A stretch of 64,000 bases of DNA. Origin: an uncultured delta proteobacterium. Its GTDB lineage: Bacteria; Desulfobacterota; Binatia; UBA9968. This document shows positions 49,882-64,000 of the stretch, in pieces. The stretch's first letter is position 1. Every line of letters begins with the position of its first letter. The notes beneath the pieces were generated by a model, which saw only the letters and a list, made by a program, of their open reading frames with translations, had not been told where the DNA came from and made no database searches. Where the stretch lies: assembly GCA_963847445.1 (NCBI GenBank), contig CAWJZV010000017.1:32001-96000 (forward strand), given 5' to 3'. The position numbers were made by a program, and so were the translations under genes.

Positions 49882-50424
49882 TCACTGTTCGTGCCAGGCC
49901 AGCCGCAGCTGGTTCATCGCGGCCGGATGGCGCCGGATCAAAAACCCGAACATCGCGACGGCGGCGAACAGGTTGCCGCAGGCGACCGCCACGCTGCCGA
50001 TGGTGCCGATGAGGTTGGGAAAGATCGCCGCCGCGGCCGAAAATAGAATCGATTCAAATAATAGAAACAATAACAGGATCACGATGCCGAACTGCGGGTT
50101 GTGCTCGAACAAGGCGAACATCCGGGCGATGGCGAATCCGGCGATGAGAAAAAGCACGCCATGCAGGCCGGTATAGGCGAAGACAATATAGGGATTGATC
50201 GATACGGCCTGCTCCGCGCTCTGGCCGAGAAAGATCACGCTGCCGAGGAGCGACGGCGTGAGAAACATTTGGCCGCGCGCGGTATCGAGGATCAAAAACC
50301 AGACGGCGACTACCGCTGCGCCGGTCATACCGGTGAGAATCCCATCTTCGAATAGGCTTCCTGAACGCTGGCGATGCTCGCTGGGCGTAGACGCTTGGGC
50401 AGTGGATGGCGTTGCGCTTACCAT
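49882..50424 (-). CDS. hypothetical multi-TM protein
   Basis: four hydrophobic segments; GGAGG RBS. Confidence 0.7.
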   Translation of the reverse strand: MVSATPSTAQASTPSEHRQRSGSLFEDGILTGMTGAAVVAVWFLILDTARGQMFLTPSLLGSVIFLGQSAEQAVSINPYIVFAYTGLHGVLFLIAGFAIARMFALFEHNPQFGIVILLLFLLFESILFSAAAAIFPNLIGTIGSVAVACGNLFAAVAMFGFLIRRHPAAMNQLRLAWHEQ

Positions 50425-50700
50425 GCGACCTCCGTAAGCACCGAGTTTTGTCCGGTGCTGTTTGGGTAAAATGTCGGTACGCCAGTGCCGCGTTCAAGCT
50501 TCGCTTTGACCACAACGCCGGGTGCTTGCTTTTTGCGTCGATCGGCGACGCCCGGTTACCGATTGAGCGGAGAGATAACTCAGCGCGGGCGGCGATGTCA
50601 AGCCGATCTTAGGGCGATTGTTTCGTTCCCGTCATGCCGTCATTGCCGCACATGTCTGTTCCCCCTGTTGCTGCTTCCGCGTCATCAACGCTAACGGACA

Positions 50701-50790
50701 CTATTTGTACAGCGCGTCGATGAAGCCGTTCTTGTCGGGGTTTCGATGATGCCGGCATCGACCACGTCCTGGTATTTCATCCCGGCCGCT
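50701..50790 (-). pseudogene. C-terminal remnant of an ABC substrate-binding protein
   Basis: reads ...DKNGFIDALYK-stop with no upstream body; family call is inference. Confidence 0.3.
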
Positions 50791-50887
50791 TTTGCAGTGA
50801 ATTGGTTATCTCGGCGATCACGTCGGCGAATCCGTCACGGGTCGGAGGTTTTCAACGAGGTTCCTCCCGGCAAATCAAGTTTCTGTG

Positions 50888-51391
50888 TTACCGACCAGTC
50901 ATCACCGACGCCTGCGTCACGCACCAGGAAAGCATTTCCATCTGCGGCATGGTTTCCACCATGGATCCCGCGCGGGAAACTAAGCTTTCCGCTTCGGTGA
51001 TCGGTTGGCCCATGGCGAGCAGCACGGAGACGGCGAGCATGGCGGTGCGGCCGACGCCGCCGGCGCAATGAACCAGCACCGCTTCGCCGGAGTGCAGGCG
51101 GTTGGCGACATCGTTGGCGAGCGCCCAGAAGGCGTCCTTGTTCTCCGGCACGCCGCCTTCGCGTATTTCAAAAGGCACGACGGAACAGGGAACCGTGCCG
51201 GCGTCCAGCGCTTCGGCGTATTTAACCGATTTTTGGCGAATCTCGAAATCTTCGTTCAAGCAGACGATGGCGCCGACCGCGTCGGTCTTCACTTGATGCC
51301 AAACTTTATCGAGTGCTTCAAAGCGGCCGGGCATGCTGTGGAGCAGCAATCTTCCAGGAATGGAGTCGGGGAGTTCGACGTTACGAAACAT
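50888..51391 (-). CDS. protein-tyrosine/dual-specificity phosphatase
   Basis: P-loop VHCAGGVGRT. Confidence 0.88.
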   Translation of the reverse strand: MFRNVELPDSIPGRLLLHSMPGRFEALDKVWHQVKTDAVGAIVCLNEDFEIRQKSVKYAEALDAGTVPCSVVPFEIREGGVPENKDAFWALANDVANRLHSGEAVLVHCAGGVGRTAMLAVSVLLAMGQPITEAESLVSRAGSMVETMPQMEMLSWCVTQASVMTGR

Positions 51392-51791
51392 CTTGGCATC
51401 TCCAGTTAGAAATTATCTTCGCCGTCTTGCTTAGAAATATGCAATCGACAAGGGATAAACAAGCATGGCTCGGAAAAACTCGGAGTATTAACCGCAAAGA
51501 GCCTAGCGCGGCGAAGCCGCAACCAAAGAAGAAACCGGGATTCCACCGCAGAGGCGCGGGACATGAAAAAAAATCCCCTTTTGCAAAATTCAGCTGTTGC
51601 ATGTAATTGATTTCATTGAGGCCAATTTTGCGATTTTGCTCACTTTTGAATTTTTTCTCACGACCGCGGAGTTTACAGAGTTCGGAACATATCTTCATCA
51701 AGAAACTCTTTACTCTGCGTTCTCGGCGGTCATGAGAAAAAATCGAAACTTGAGACTCTGCGTCGTTTTTTTGGCTCTCGGTTTTTTCGAA

Positions 51792-52170
51792 CGTATCCGA
51801 AAGTTTGTGTGTGAAGCAAGTTGGTTATTTTAATTGCGGCTCGAATCGATCGGCGAAAAGGATCGCAAATTGAATCATGGCTGACTTCCATTCCCGTGCG
51901 CTCATCTTCCAATCCTTGGTAATATTTCTCAACGCTAAATAGAGCAGCTTCACCGCGGCCTCGTCATTGGGGAAATGGTACCGGTTCTTGATAATTTTTC
52001 TGAGCTGCATGTGCAGACTCTCGATAGCGTTGGTCGTGTAGATAATCTTTCTCACCTCGGCGGGATACGCAAAAAAGGGAATGACCTGCTCCCACTGCCG
52101 TTTCCAGATCAGCGCGATGGGCGGATATTTCTTGCCCCAGGGACCCTGCGAGAATTCTTCCAATGCCGCA
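51792..52170 (-). mobile_element. IS256-family transposase C-terminal remnant with right end
   Basis: IPFFAYPAEVRKIIYTTNAIES...FPNDEA.VKLLYLA; CACACAAACTTTCGGATAC after the stop. Confidence 0.85.
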
Positions 52171-52426
52171 AGGCCGTACCACTTCGGAATTGGCAATCTG
52201 TCGGCCGTCGCAATCAGCTCTACAGGTGGAAGGAACGGTTAACTTTGATTCTCCGTAAAATCCAGGCTAGCTGAACCTAATCCCATGCTTGACGCGAGAC
52301 GCTAGTCATGACATCTGACAAATACCTTGCGGTTTTGACTGTGATGGGATGATGGGCATAAAAATTGGGGGGGGGCGGGTCCGGTTGCGTGCATGTCATG
52401 GACAAAGGAGGAATGCCTGGAGCTGT

Positions 52427-54360
<1,934 letters not shown>

Positions 54361-54399
54361 GTTGTCGTTTTTTTGATCTCATTCAAAGACAGGGGCGGG

Positions 54400-57300
54400 T
54401 TATACATAGCCGAATCGTTTTCGGAATCTCCGCACGGACTCTTCAGGCAGTGTATAGCCGCGGCACTGCAGACCAGCCGCCTGATAACCTAATCCCTGGA
54501 GCACTTGGTAATGCGACTTGGAGGAATCGTCATCGACGACGCCGAGGGTCGGCTTCAAACTTTCATAACGCGCCGTCAGCAGTCCCGATAGCACGCAACC
54601 GCCGATGTTAAGCGGGTTATATTTGGATATGGCTTCGAGAACAGCCGGCGGCGTCTGGTCCTGCACCCTTTGAGGTAAATACAGAGTTCGCTGGAAAGGT
54701 TCCGGGAGCCGAAGGACGCCGCCCGCAGTAAAAAGAATATCCTCGTGGGCTTCAAAACGCTGCATAGCCTCATCGGATTGAAGCAATGCGGAGCCGAGTC
54801 GTCGACGATCACGGTTCCTGGTCTGAGCTGTTCGATATCCAGTACATCGGGCACATTGGTGGCTCCAACAATCAGGCCGGCGTCGTAAACTTCGTGCGGC
54901 ACTTTCCCATCGACTCGACGATCTGAATAGAGTCCTGCGAATTTCAATTCACGAATGAGGTCATCGCGAACTTTTTTTAGGTGATCGAGCTTGCTGTAAA
55001 TATCACAAAGCGTAATGGACTTTGGATGGGGCAGGCTGTGAAGCATGAGGCGAAGCGTGGTGTAACCGATGGATCCCAGCCCGAGGAATGCGACATTTTC
55101 TTCGGCCAGGCTTTTGCCCGCTTCGCGCAAAATCCTTTCGATCGTCATTACGACGGTAGACACGGTCGTCGCATGACCGGTGGTGACGAGAGGATAGCGA
55201 TCGTTTGCGGAAATGACGTCCGCGATGGCCTGCCCGTAGTTGGTTGCCGAGGGGAGCAAGCCGGTCAAGGAAACAACGCGTGCTCCGATGCGATGGGATA
55301 TTTCCAAGGCTTCGAGAATCAAGGTGACGAGATCCGATTGATCGTCGTATAGACGGGAGCGCAACCGAGGCAACCCGATATTCGCGATCCGGCCAAGGTG
55401 GGTTTCATTGATGCCGAACACGCAGGGTAGTTCGTCGAACCAGTCATAAAGAGCGGCATCGCGCGACAACCCCATGTGCTGGAGAAGGTCCTCCGACAAA
55501 TAACTCAACGCGGCGGCATCGACGGGAGGGATCTTTCCCGCTGCCAGAAGAGAAAGCAGCGATCGTCGTTCGATCGATAGCGGTCTCGCGCTGCCATCGA
55601 CCGGGTGAGAATGCATGGGCCTCGTTCCGGACACGCTTAGTAATCAATTCCGCGTCGGCTTTCGGGCCGCTCGGGCTTGGCTCAGGGTTGTTCTCATCAG
55701 CGAGTGTCTCGATCAGCCGAGCGAGCCCGGCGATCGTCGGCGCCTCAAAAATATGCCGCAGGGGCAGCTTTTTACGCAGCTTGGTGCGCACGCGGGATAC
55801 TAGCTGTGTGGCGGACAAGGAGTGTAGGCCCAGGTCGAACAAGTTGTCCTGAATGCCGACCTTATCGATTTTCAAGATCTCAGCGGCGAGTTCTACGAGT
55901 TTTCTTTCAAAGACGCTACGCGGCGCCGCAAAGGTTTCATTGATCTCGCGGCGTTTAAAGTCGGGGGCAGGAAGTGTCTTACGCTCCACCTTGCCATTAG
56001 GGCTACGCGGTAGAGAAGGCAGGAATACGAAAAACGCGGGTACCATGTATTCGGGCAGCTGCTGTTTGAGAAAGTCGCGTAGACTCCAGGCGGCGGGAGC
56101 ATCTTCGTCTTCCGCTACAACGTAAGCGACCAGCTGCTTTTCTCCGGAGTTATTCTCTGGTGCCAGAATGACGGCTTCACGCACTTTCGGATGTCGGCCG
56201 AGCACTGACTCGATCTCTCCCAGTTCGATGCGGATGCTGCGGATTTTAACTTGCCCATCACGGCGACCGACGAAAGTGAAAGTGCCGTCGGACCGATACC
56301 GAACAACGTCTCCGGTTCTGTACAAGCGCTCCCCCGGCTTGTTGCTATAGGGATGGGGAATAAATTTTTCGGCGGTTAGATCAGAACGATTGAGGTAACC
56401 TACGGTTAATCCTTCGCCGCTTATATAAAGCTCGCCTTCGACTACCCACGGGCGTCGGGTTGAGATCGTCGTCCAAGACATAAAGCTGAGTATGCGGAAT
56501 CGGTCGACCGATCGGTGCGGTCGGGCACTGGTGGTCGGCCAACGAGATCGGATGATAGCTCGAGGTCATTGTGCATTCGGTTGGACCGTACTGATTAACC
56601 AGCAAAGTCTTCTCTCCGAAAGCTTCATGAACCTTGCGGCATAAAGACCCATGCAGAGGCTCGCCGCCTAACCAGGATGAGACGGAGGCTGTCGTGACTC
56701 GGTCGGTCCTCGGCTAGCATGGTTTCAGCCAGCTCGTTGAGCATCGGCGGCACCGTGCTCAGCAGACAGGTTATCCGATGTTGCTTGATCTTGGAGATCA
56801 GCACTGTCGGGTCTTTGGCTCCCTGTTGATCCACCAGTACGACCCGCGCACCGACCGTTAGCGGAGCGATCATGTCGCGGACCGAAGCGTCGAAAGAAAA
56901 GGACGCCAGCTGCAGCACGCTATCTGCACTATTGAGATTGTAAGTGTCGGCGAGAAAATTACAGTAGCGCGCGAGTCCCCAATGCGATGTGAGGACTCCT
57001 TTAGGCGTTCCCGTGGAGCCCGAAGTATAATACACATAGGAAAGATCGGCGGCACTCGTCGCCCAAGTAGGATTGTCCTCAATTTCACTGTCAAAGAGAT
57101 GCCGATCCCGATCGAAGCAAATGATCTCTCCCTTGTACTCGGGTAGTCGGTTGAGACACGGCGCGCTGGTTACCAGCAGAGTCGCCCGCGTGTCTCCCAG
57201 CATGTAGGCAAGGCGCATCCTGGGATAGTCAAAATCCAGCGGCACGTAGGCGGCGCCGGCTTTGAGAATCCCTAACACCGCGATCACCATATCGCAGCAG

Positions 57301-60300
57301 CGCTCCATGAAGATCGGGATCAAGTCTCCTGTTGCCACTCCGCGCGTTCTGAGGTGACGGGCAAACTGATTAGCCCGTCGATTGAGCTCACGGTAGGTCA
57401 AGCTCAGGTGCTCGTCGGTGAGCGCGATGGCATCTGGGGTTCGCTGAACCTGGGCTTCGAAGAGTTGGTGGATACAGCGATGTTCGGCCGGGTGTGTTTC
57501 CGAGCCGCTCCACTCTGCGAGCAATTGGCGCCTTTCGTCCTCGGCCAAAAGGGGCAGTTCTAACAACCTACGACCGCAGTCCGATGTGAGTGCCGCCAAT
57601 AAGTTGCAAAGGTGCCCGAGCATGCGGTTGATGGTTGTGTCGTCAAACAGATCGGAGTTGTAATTGATTGTCAGAGTCAGCCGTTGCGGCTTGGGTATGG
57701 CATAGAGCGTCAAGTCGAATTTGGAGGGTATGGCAATGTGCTCCGAACGGCGATGCATCTAACCTGGGAAGCGACAGCTGGTCGTCTTGTGTTTCAAGGA
57801 GATTGAACAGCACCTGAACCAGCGGCGAGTGGCTGAGGCTGCGTTGGGGGTGAAGTTCTTCGACCAGCTTTTCGAAGGGCAGGTCCTGATGCGTGTAGGC
57901 GCCGAGAGCCGTCTCGCGAACTCGGGTTAACAACTCGTTGAATGTCGGATTGCCGCTCAGGTCGGTGCGCAGAACCAGGGTGTTGACAAAAAACCCGATC
58001 AGCCCCTCGATCTCAGCGCCGGTTTCGGTTGGCGATCGGCGAGCCGACAACGATATCGTTTTGTCCGGTGTAGCGGTAAAGCAGGGTTTGGAAGGCCGCT
58101 AACAGGGTCATGAACAAGGTGACCCCTTGTCGAGCGCTGAGCGCTTGGAGTCCCTGGGTCAGCTCTTGGGACAGCTCTATCGATTGTTTCGCGCCGCGAT
58201 AGCTCTGCACTGCCGGGCGGGGCCGATCGGTGGGAAGATGGAGCATAGCCGGCGCCCCGGCAAGTTGTTTTTTCCAGTAGGACAGCTGGTTCTCTAACAC
58301 CTCTCCTTGCAGCCACTGGCGCTGCCAGACGGCAAAATCGGCGTATTGAATCGGCAGCTCGGAAAGCGGCGAGGGGTTGCCCTGGGTGTAGGCTTGGTAG
58401 AGCAAGGACAGCTCGCGGTAAAACACCCCCCTCGACCAGCCGTCCGATACAATATGATGCATCGATAAAACCAAAATGTGATCGTCTTGGCCGAGACGAA
58501 GCAGCAGGACTCTGAACAGGGGGCCTTGGGATAGATCGAACGGCTCGCGGGCCAGCTCGGTTGCTAGTCTTTGCGCTTCGTTCTCACGGTCGCTTGCGGG
58601 ATGATGCGTCAGATCCGTTATCGGCACCGACATCCTCAGGGCCGGCGCGATCAGCTGAACCGGTTCGCCGTCAACCGCCGCGAAGGTCGTCCGCAGCGAC
58701 TCATGGCGCCGCACGATCTCGTTAAGACTTTGCTCCAGGGCCGGCGATGTCTAGTGATCCTTTGAGACGCAGTGCGCTGGGGATGTTGTAAACGGAACTG
58801 TTCGGCTCGTACTGATCCAAAAACCACAACCGCTGCTGGGCAAAGGATAGCGGAATTCTCTCCTGCGGGTCGGTGGCAAACATTGGCCGGGCGTGTCGTC
58901 TCTCTCCTTGACCACGGACTTGATCGATTCGCTCGGCCAAGCCTGCGATGGTTGGGCTCTCGAACAGAAAGCGCAAGGGAATCTCGGCCTGGCAGGTTTC
59001 CCATATGCGGGATATAAGCTGGGTGGCGAGCAGGGAATGGCCGCCCAGGTCAAAAAAGTTATCGTGGATGCCGACCTGGTCTACTTTTAGAACCCCAGCC
59101 GCAATCCCGGCCAACAACTCCTCCGTAGCTGTGCGAGGGGCGACGTAGCGCTCCTTCTAGTTCTGGTCTACCCTGTTCCGGTGCCGGCAGGGCTTTTCTG
59201 TCTAGCTTGCCGTTGGGGGTGAGCGGTAGACGATTTCGAGCATTACGAACGCCGATGGCACCATGAATTCCGGCAACTTCCGTTTCAGAAAGCTTCGTAG
59301 CTCATTCGTTGAAGTGTCTGGCCGAGCAGACCACATACGCCACCAGCCGCTTGTCTGTTCCGGGCGAAACCGCACGATCTTCAGGACCATCTTCGCGTGC
59401 GAGCACAGCCGCCTGCTCGGATTGCCGGATGTTGTCCGAGCACCGCCTCGATCTCACCGAGTTCGATGCGATAACCGCGGATTTTCACCTGATGGTCCAT
59501 CCGTCCCAAAAATTCGATGTTACCGTCAGGCAAGTAGCGGGCTAGATCGCCGGTCTTATATACGCGGCTTGCAGGATTGGCATTGAATGGATCGGGTATA
59601 AATTTTTCTCTGGTCAGTTCAGGACGGTCTAAATAACCCCGGGCTAAGCCGTCGCCACCAATATGCATCTCTCCTGACACTCCAATGGGGACGGGATTTA
59701 GGAGTTTGTCTAACAGATAAATTTGCGTGTTGGCGATGGGCCGGCCCAAAGTAACTCTGCTGACATTCGCCGCCACTCTCTGGACGGCCGAATAGATGGT
59801 AGTTTCCGTCGGACCATACATATTCCAGAGCGAAGCACAGCGTTGCACGAGCTGCTTGGCCAAGTCGTCGGCAAGCGCTTCCCCGCCGCAGAGAATTTTC
59901 AATTCTCGGTTGCCTTGCCAGCCACCTGCCAAAAGCATGCGCCAAGTTGCGGGGGTCGCCTGCATTGCCGTTGCGCCACAGTCTGACAATAGCTGTGCCA
60001 GTCTCAAACCATCGGAGGCGACGTCTCGGCGTGCCAGCACTACGCGCGCGCCTACGGTTAGCGGCAAGTATATTTCCAGTCCGGCGATATCGAAGCAGAA
60101 CGTCGTGACCGCAAGAAGGATGTCCGTTTCGCTCAGGCCGGGTTGGCGCGCCATCGAAGCCAGGAAATTAACCACACTGCTATGTTGAATCATGACTCCC
60201 TTGGGCTTTCCGGTTGAGCCCGAGGTGTAGATCACATAGGCGAGGTTGTCGGGGTCTAGTTGTTGGCCGACATTGGTTATGCTCTCACGCGCGATCTCTT

Positions 60301-63300
60301 GCCAGTCCTGGTCATAGGAATCCGCACGCCAGCAAAGGTTGGCACGAGTTTACCGATCTGCGCTTGAGTCAACAAAGAAGCAGCACGGCTATCTTCAAGC
60401 ATGAAATCAATCCGTTCGGCGTGGAAAGTCGGGGTCGATTGGCAGGTAGGCGCCGCCGGCTTTGAGAATCCCTAGCAGCCCGACGATCATTTCTATGGAC
60501 CGTTCAACGCAGATGCCGACGAGCACATCGGGTCCGACGCCGAGCTTTTGTAAGTAATGAGCGAGTTGGTTGGAGCGGTTATTGAGCTCGCGGTAGGTGA
60601 TCTGTTGGTCCTCGAAGACCACGGCGATGGCGTCCGGAGTTTTCTCGACCTGCGCTTCGAACAACTCGTGGATGCACTGTCGTTGGGGTAGTCGGTTTTG
60701 GTGTCATTCCATTCGACTAAGAGTTGATGCTTCTCCGCCTCGGTGAGCAACGGTATCTCGCTAATCGGTTGGTCTGGGTTAGCGACGATGCCTTCGAGCA
60801 AGACTTGAAAATGACCGAGCATGCGCTCGATGGTGGCGGCATCGAACAGATCGGTATTGTAGTTGAGCGAGGCGCGAGCGAGCCCTGTCTATCGGATATG
60901 GTGAGCGAGAGGTCAAACTTAGCAATGTTGCTAGAGGATACGAATCGGAACGGCGCTAAGTCCTTCAAGCTCCAAGGAAGGATCGCCGGCGTTTTGGAGT
61001 GCAAACATCACCTGGAACAGAGGCGAGATGCTGGGGTTGCGCTCGGGATGTAGTTCCTCGACAAGTTTCTCGAAGGGCAGGTCTTGATGAGTATAGGCTT
61101 CTAGAGTGGTTTCGCGGACTTGGGCCAGCAGTTCTTTGAAGGTCGGGTTGTTGGAAAGATCGGTGCGCAAGACCAGCGTGTTGACGAATAAACCGATCAG
61201 CCCCTCGGTCTCCTGGCGGGTCCGACCGGCGACGGGAGTGCCCACGGCGATGTCTTGCTGGCCGCAGTAGCGGCAGAGCAGGGTCTGGAAAGCCGCCAGC
61301 AAGGTTATGAAAAGGGTAACGCCTTCGCGCTGGACTTAAACCCTCAATTGCTTCGGAAAGTTGCGTCGAAAGCTCTACGGATTGGCTCGCATCCCCGGTA
61401 AGTTTGCAGCGCTGGGCGGGGATGATCGGTAGGGAGCTGGAGCGTCGAAAGACCGTCGAGTTGCTTTCTCCAGTAGGAAAGTTGCTTGTCGAGGTTTTCG
61501 CTTTGGAGCGAATCGCGCTGCCAGAGGGCATAATCGGCGTATTGGATCGGGAGCTCACTCAGGGGACTGGGCTTCCCGGAGCCGTAGGCTTGATAAAGTG
61601 TCGAGAGCTCGCGGAAGAGCACGCCCATGGACCAACCGTCGGAAACGATATGGTGCAGGTTCAAGGCGAGCACGTGGTCGTGCGGGGCGAGACGCCAAAG
61701 CCGAGACCGTATCAGCGGCCCACGGCTAAGATCGAAGGGCTGTAGAGCTTCTTCTTCGAGCAGGGATTGTAGAGCCGGTTCGCGTTCGTGTGCTGGAAGC
61801 TCGCTCAGGTCGATAGGAGTCAGCGAAAAAACCAACGACCGCAAGATCTTTTGCACTGGATTGCCATTGACGGTGGCAAAGACCGTGCGCAGAGCTTCGT
61901 GACGGCGCACGACTTCATTGAGGCTTTGTTCCAGAGCGTTGAGGTTGAGATCGCCGGCCAAGCGGAACGCTGCCGGTATGTTATAGGTTGCGTTACCGGG
62001 ATCGAGACACTCCAAGAACCATAAGCGTTCCTGAGCGAAAGAGAGCGGGGTGGCGTTGCTCCTTGGGACCGGAAGGTTGGGTTGAAAGCTCCGTGAGTCA
62101 TTCTTGATTCCCATGCTGGCCTGGACCGAATCGGCGAGGCTGGCAATGGTTGGCGACTCGAACAATCTGCGCAAAGGGAAATCGATCTGGAACGCTTTAT
62201 TTATACGCGAGACGACCTGAGTGGCTATGAGGGAATGGCCACCCAGGTGAAAGAAGTTGTCATGGATGCCGACCTTGTCGAGCTTGAGGATCTCGGCCCA
62301 GATGTTAGCGAGGAATCTCCTCCACCGGAGTTCTTGGGGCGGCAAAGGCATCGTCGAGCTCGGGTCTGCTGTGATCGGGAGCCGGCAGAGCCTTTCGGTC
62401 GAGCTTGCCATTGGGCGTGAGCGGCAGCGAATCGAGGAACATAAAGGCCGACGGCACCATGTAGTCGGGCAGCTTGTGCTGGAGATAGCTGCGCAGGTCG
62501 TGAGCCGAAGGGGCTGGAGCCCGCAACAGCAACGGTGTAGGCCACCAGGCGACGGTCTCCCGGAGTGTCTTCTCGCACGAGCACCACCGCCTGTTGGATG
62601 GCGGGATGTTGAGCGAGCACGGATTCGATTTCGCCGAGTTCGATGCGATAGCCGCGAATCTTGACTTGATCGTCAATTCGTCCGAGAAACTCGATGTTGC
62701 CGTCAGGCAGGTAACGCGCCAGGTCGCCGGTTTTATACAACCGCGCCTGCAGATCGTTACTGAATGGATGCTCAATGAATTTCTCGGTTGTTAGTTCCGG
62801 ACGGTTGAGATAACCGCGCGCTAAGCCTGGTCCGCCGATGTAAAGCTCTCCACAGACGCCAATCGGTACCGGGCTTAGGTGGTTATCGAGAATGTATGTT
62901 TCCGTGTTCGCAATCGGCCGACCAATGGGAACCGTTGCGGCGTTCGCTGCAACGGATTTTACCCGGTACCACGTTGCAAACGTCGTCGTTTCTGTAGGAC
63001 CGTAGACGTGGAGCAATCGACTTGGCGGGCTGCTGCGTAACAGCTCTCTCACTCTCTCGGGATCGACGGCTTCCCCGCCAAAGAGCAGGTTCCGCAACTT
63101 GCCGAGGGCGGCGGGTATTTGTGTCCACCATCTGATTGAACAAGGCAGTGGTCAAAAAGAGCGTGGAGATCCCATGCCGTTCGATTGCCTTCGACAAAGA
63201 CTGCGGCGATAGCAACGTATCTTTGGCGATCAACACCAGCCGTGCGCCGTTTAACAACGCTCCCCAGATCTCGAAAGTCGCGGCATCGAATGAAACATTG

Positions 63301-64000
63301 GACGCCTGGGCGATCACTTCCGATGGCGTAACCTGCACGTAGTCTGTATTCATCACCAAGCGATTGACCGCCCGGTGTGACACGGCAACCCCTTTAGGCC
63401 GCCCCGTCGATCCCGAAGTGTAGACCACATAGGCGAGACTGTCTGATGAAGTTTTCGCCGCTAAGTTGCGCTCGCTCCCTTGACCGATCTTTTCCCAGTC
63501 TGTGTCCAGAGAGATAATTGTGGCTGTGTGATCGAATACATCGACAAACGCATGCTGGGCGATTAAAACCCGCGCTCCGCTGTCCTGGAGCATAAACCTC
63601 AGTCGTTCATTGGGATAGGTAGGGTCTAAGGGAACATAGGCGCCGCCCGCTTTGAGGATGCCGAGTAACCCGACAATCATGTCTATGGAGCGGTCAACGC
63701 AAATACCGACGAGTTCGTCGGGACCGACACCATGTGTATGCAAGTAATGAGCGAGCTGGTTGGCGCGGCTGATTCAGTTCGCGATAGGTCAACTGCTGGT
63801 CTTCGCAAACCAGGGCTATGGCGTCCGGGGTCTTCTCGACCTGTGTCTCAAACAGTTCATGGATGCACTGATCTTTCGGATAGTCGGTCTTGGTCTCGTT
63901 CCACTCGTATAACAGCTGATGTCTCTCGGTCGGACTTAACAGCGGTATGTCCAGGAGCTGGCGGTTCGGATCGCGTATCATTTCTACAAGCAGTGTCCGC
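54400..64000 (-). CDS. multimodular NRPS, 3' part: (C)-A-T-C-A-T-C-A-T plus NAD(P)-binding terminal domain; many indels; starts outside window
   Basis: three A domains (YTSGSTG.PKG), two [10 protein letters not shown] domains, PCPs GGHSL, GGHSL, GLHSL; terminal GLGSIG domain 54400-55634. Confidence 0.9.

Noticed and set aside
52367-52375. G9 tract as a phase-variation switch
   Set aside because: It lies in a short non-recognisable ORF next to IS debris, and homopolymer length is unreliable in this sequence.

Overview
Bacterial genomic DNA of moderately high GC. Gene content and repeat style suggest a deltaproteobacterium-like (possibly Ca. Binatia) genome; that taxonomy is inference. Many single-base indels split genes, most likely uncorrected long-read errors. 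1-49.8 kb is a general-stress/desiccation-type island: two Crp/Fnr regulators, mlaE-F-D/pqiC-type ABC operon, MlaC, RlpA, AOX-like di-iron protein, dodecin, collagen-OmpA protein, sensor kinase plus NtrC-family enhancer-binding protein, KaiC-like ATPase/hybrid kinase module, glycosyltransferases, ferritin-like protein, PBP1A, Ku-TPR-LigD, CsbD/DUF3618/BON/YtxH/YihY/AI-2E/entericidin genes, SOD, a secreted poly-Gln protein and many unannotated microproteins. 52.4-64 kb is the 3' end of a minus-strand NRPS cluster bounded by an IS256 remnant. The main hidden signal is a ~125-bp regulatory cassette present nine times on the + strand: CGAC-N6-GTCG-N7-CGAC-N5-(Y)GACG followed, usually 108-111 bp later, by a sigma54 -24/-12 promoter. 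It points to a sigma54/bEBP-driven general stress regulon. Also notable: a second recurring Crp-like box (YGTY-N8-GACA), a four-helix-bundle mini-gene flanked by inverted heptamer arrays inserted in a kinase gene, and an acyl-ACP-reductase-like NRPS terminal domain. No rRNA, tRNA or CRISPR array was seen.
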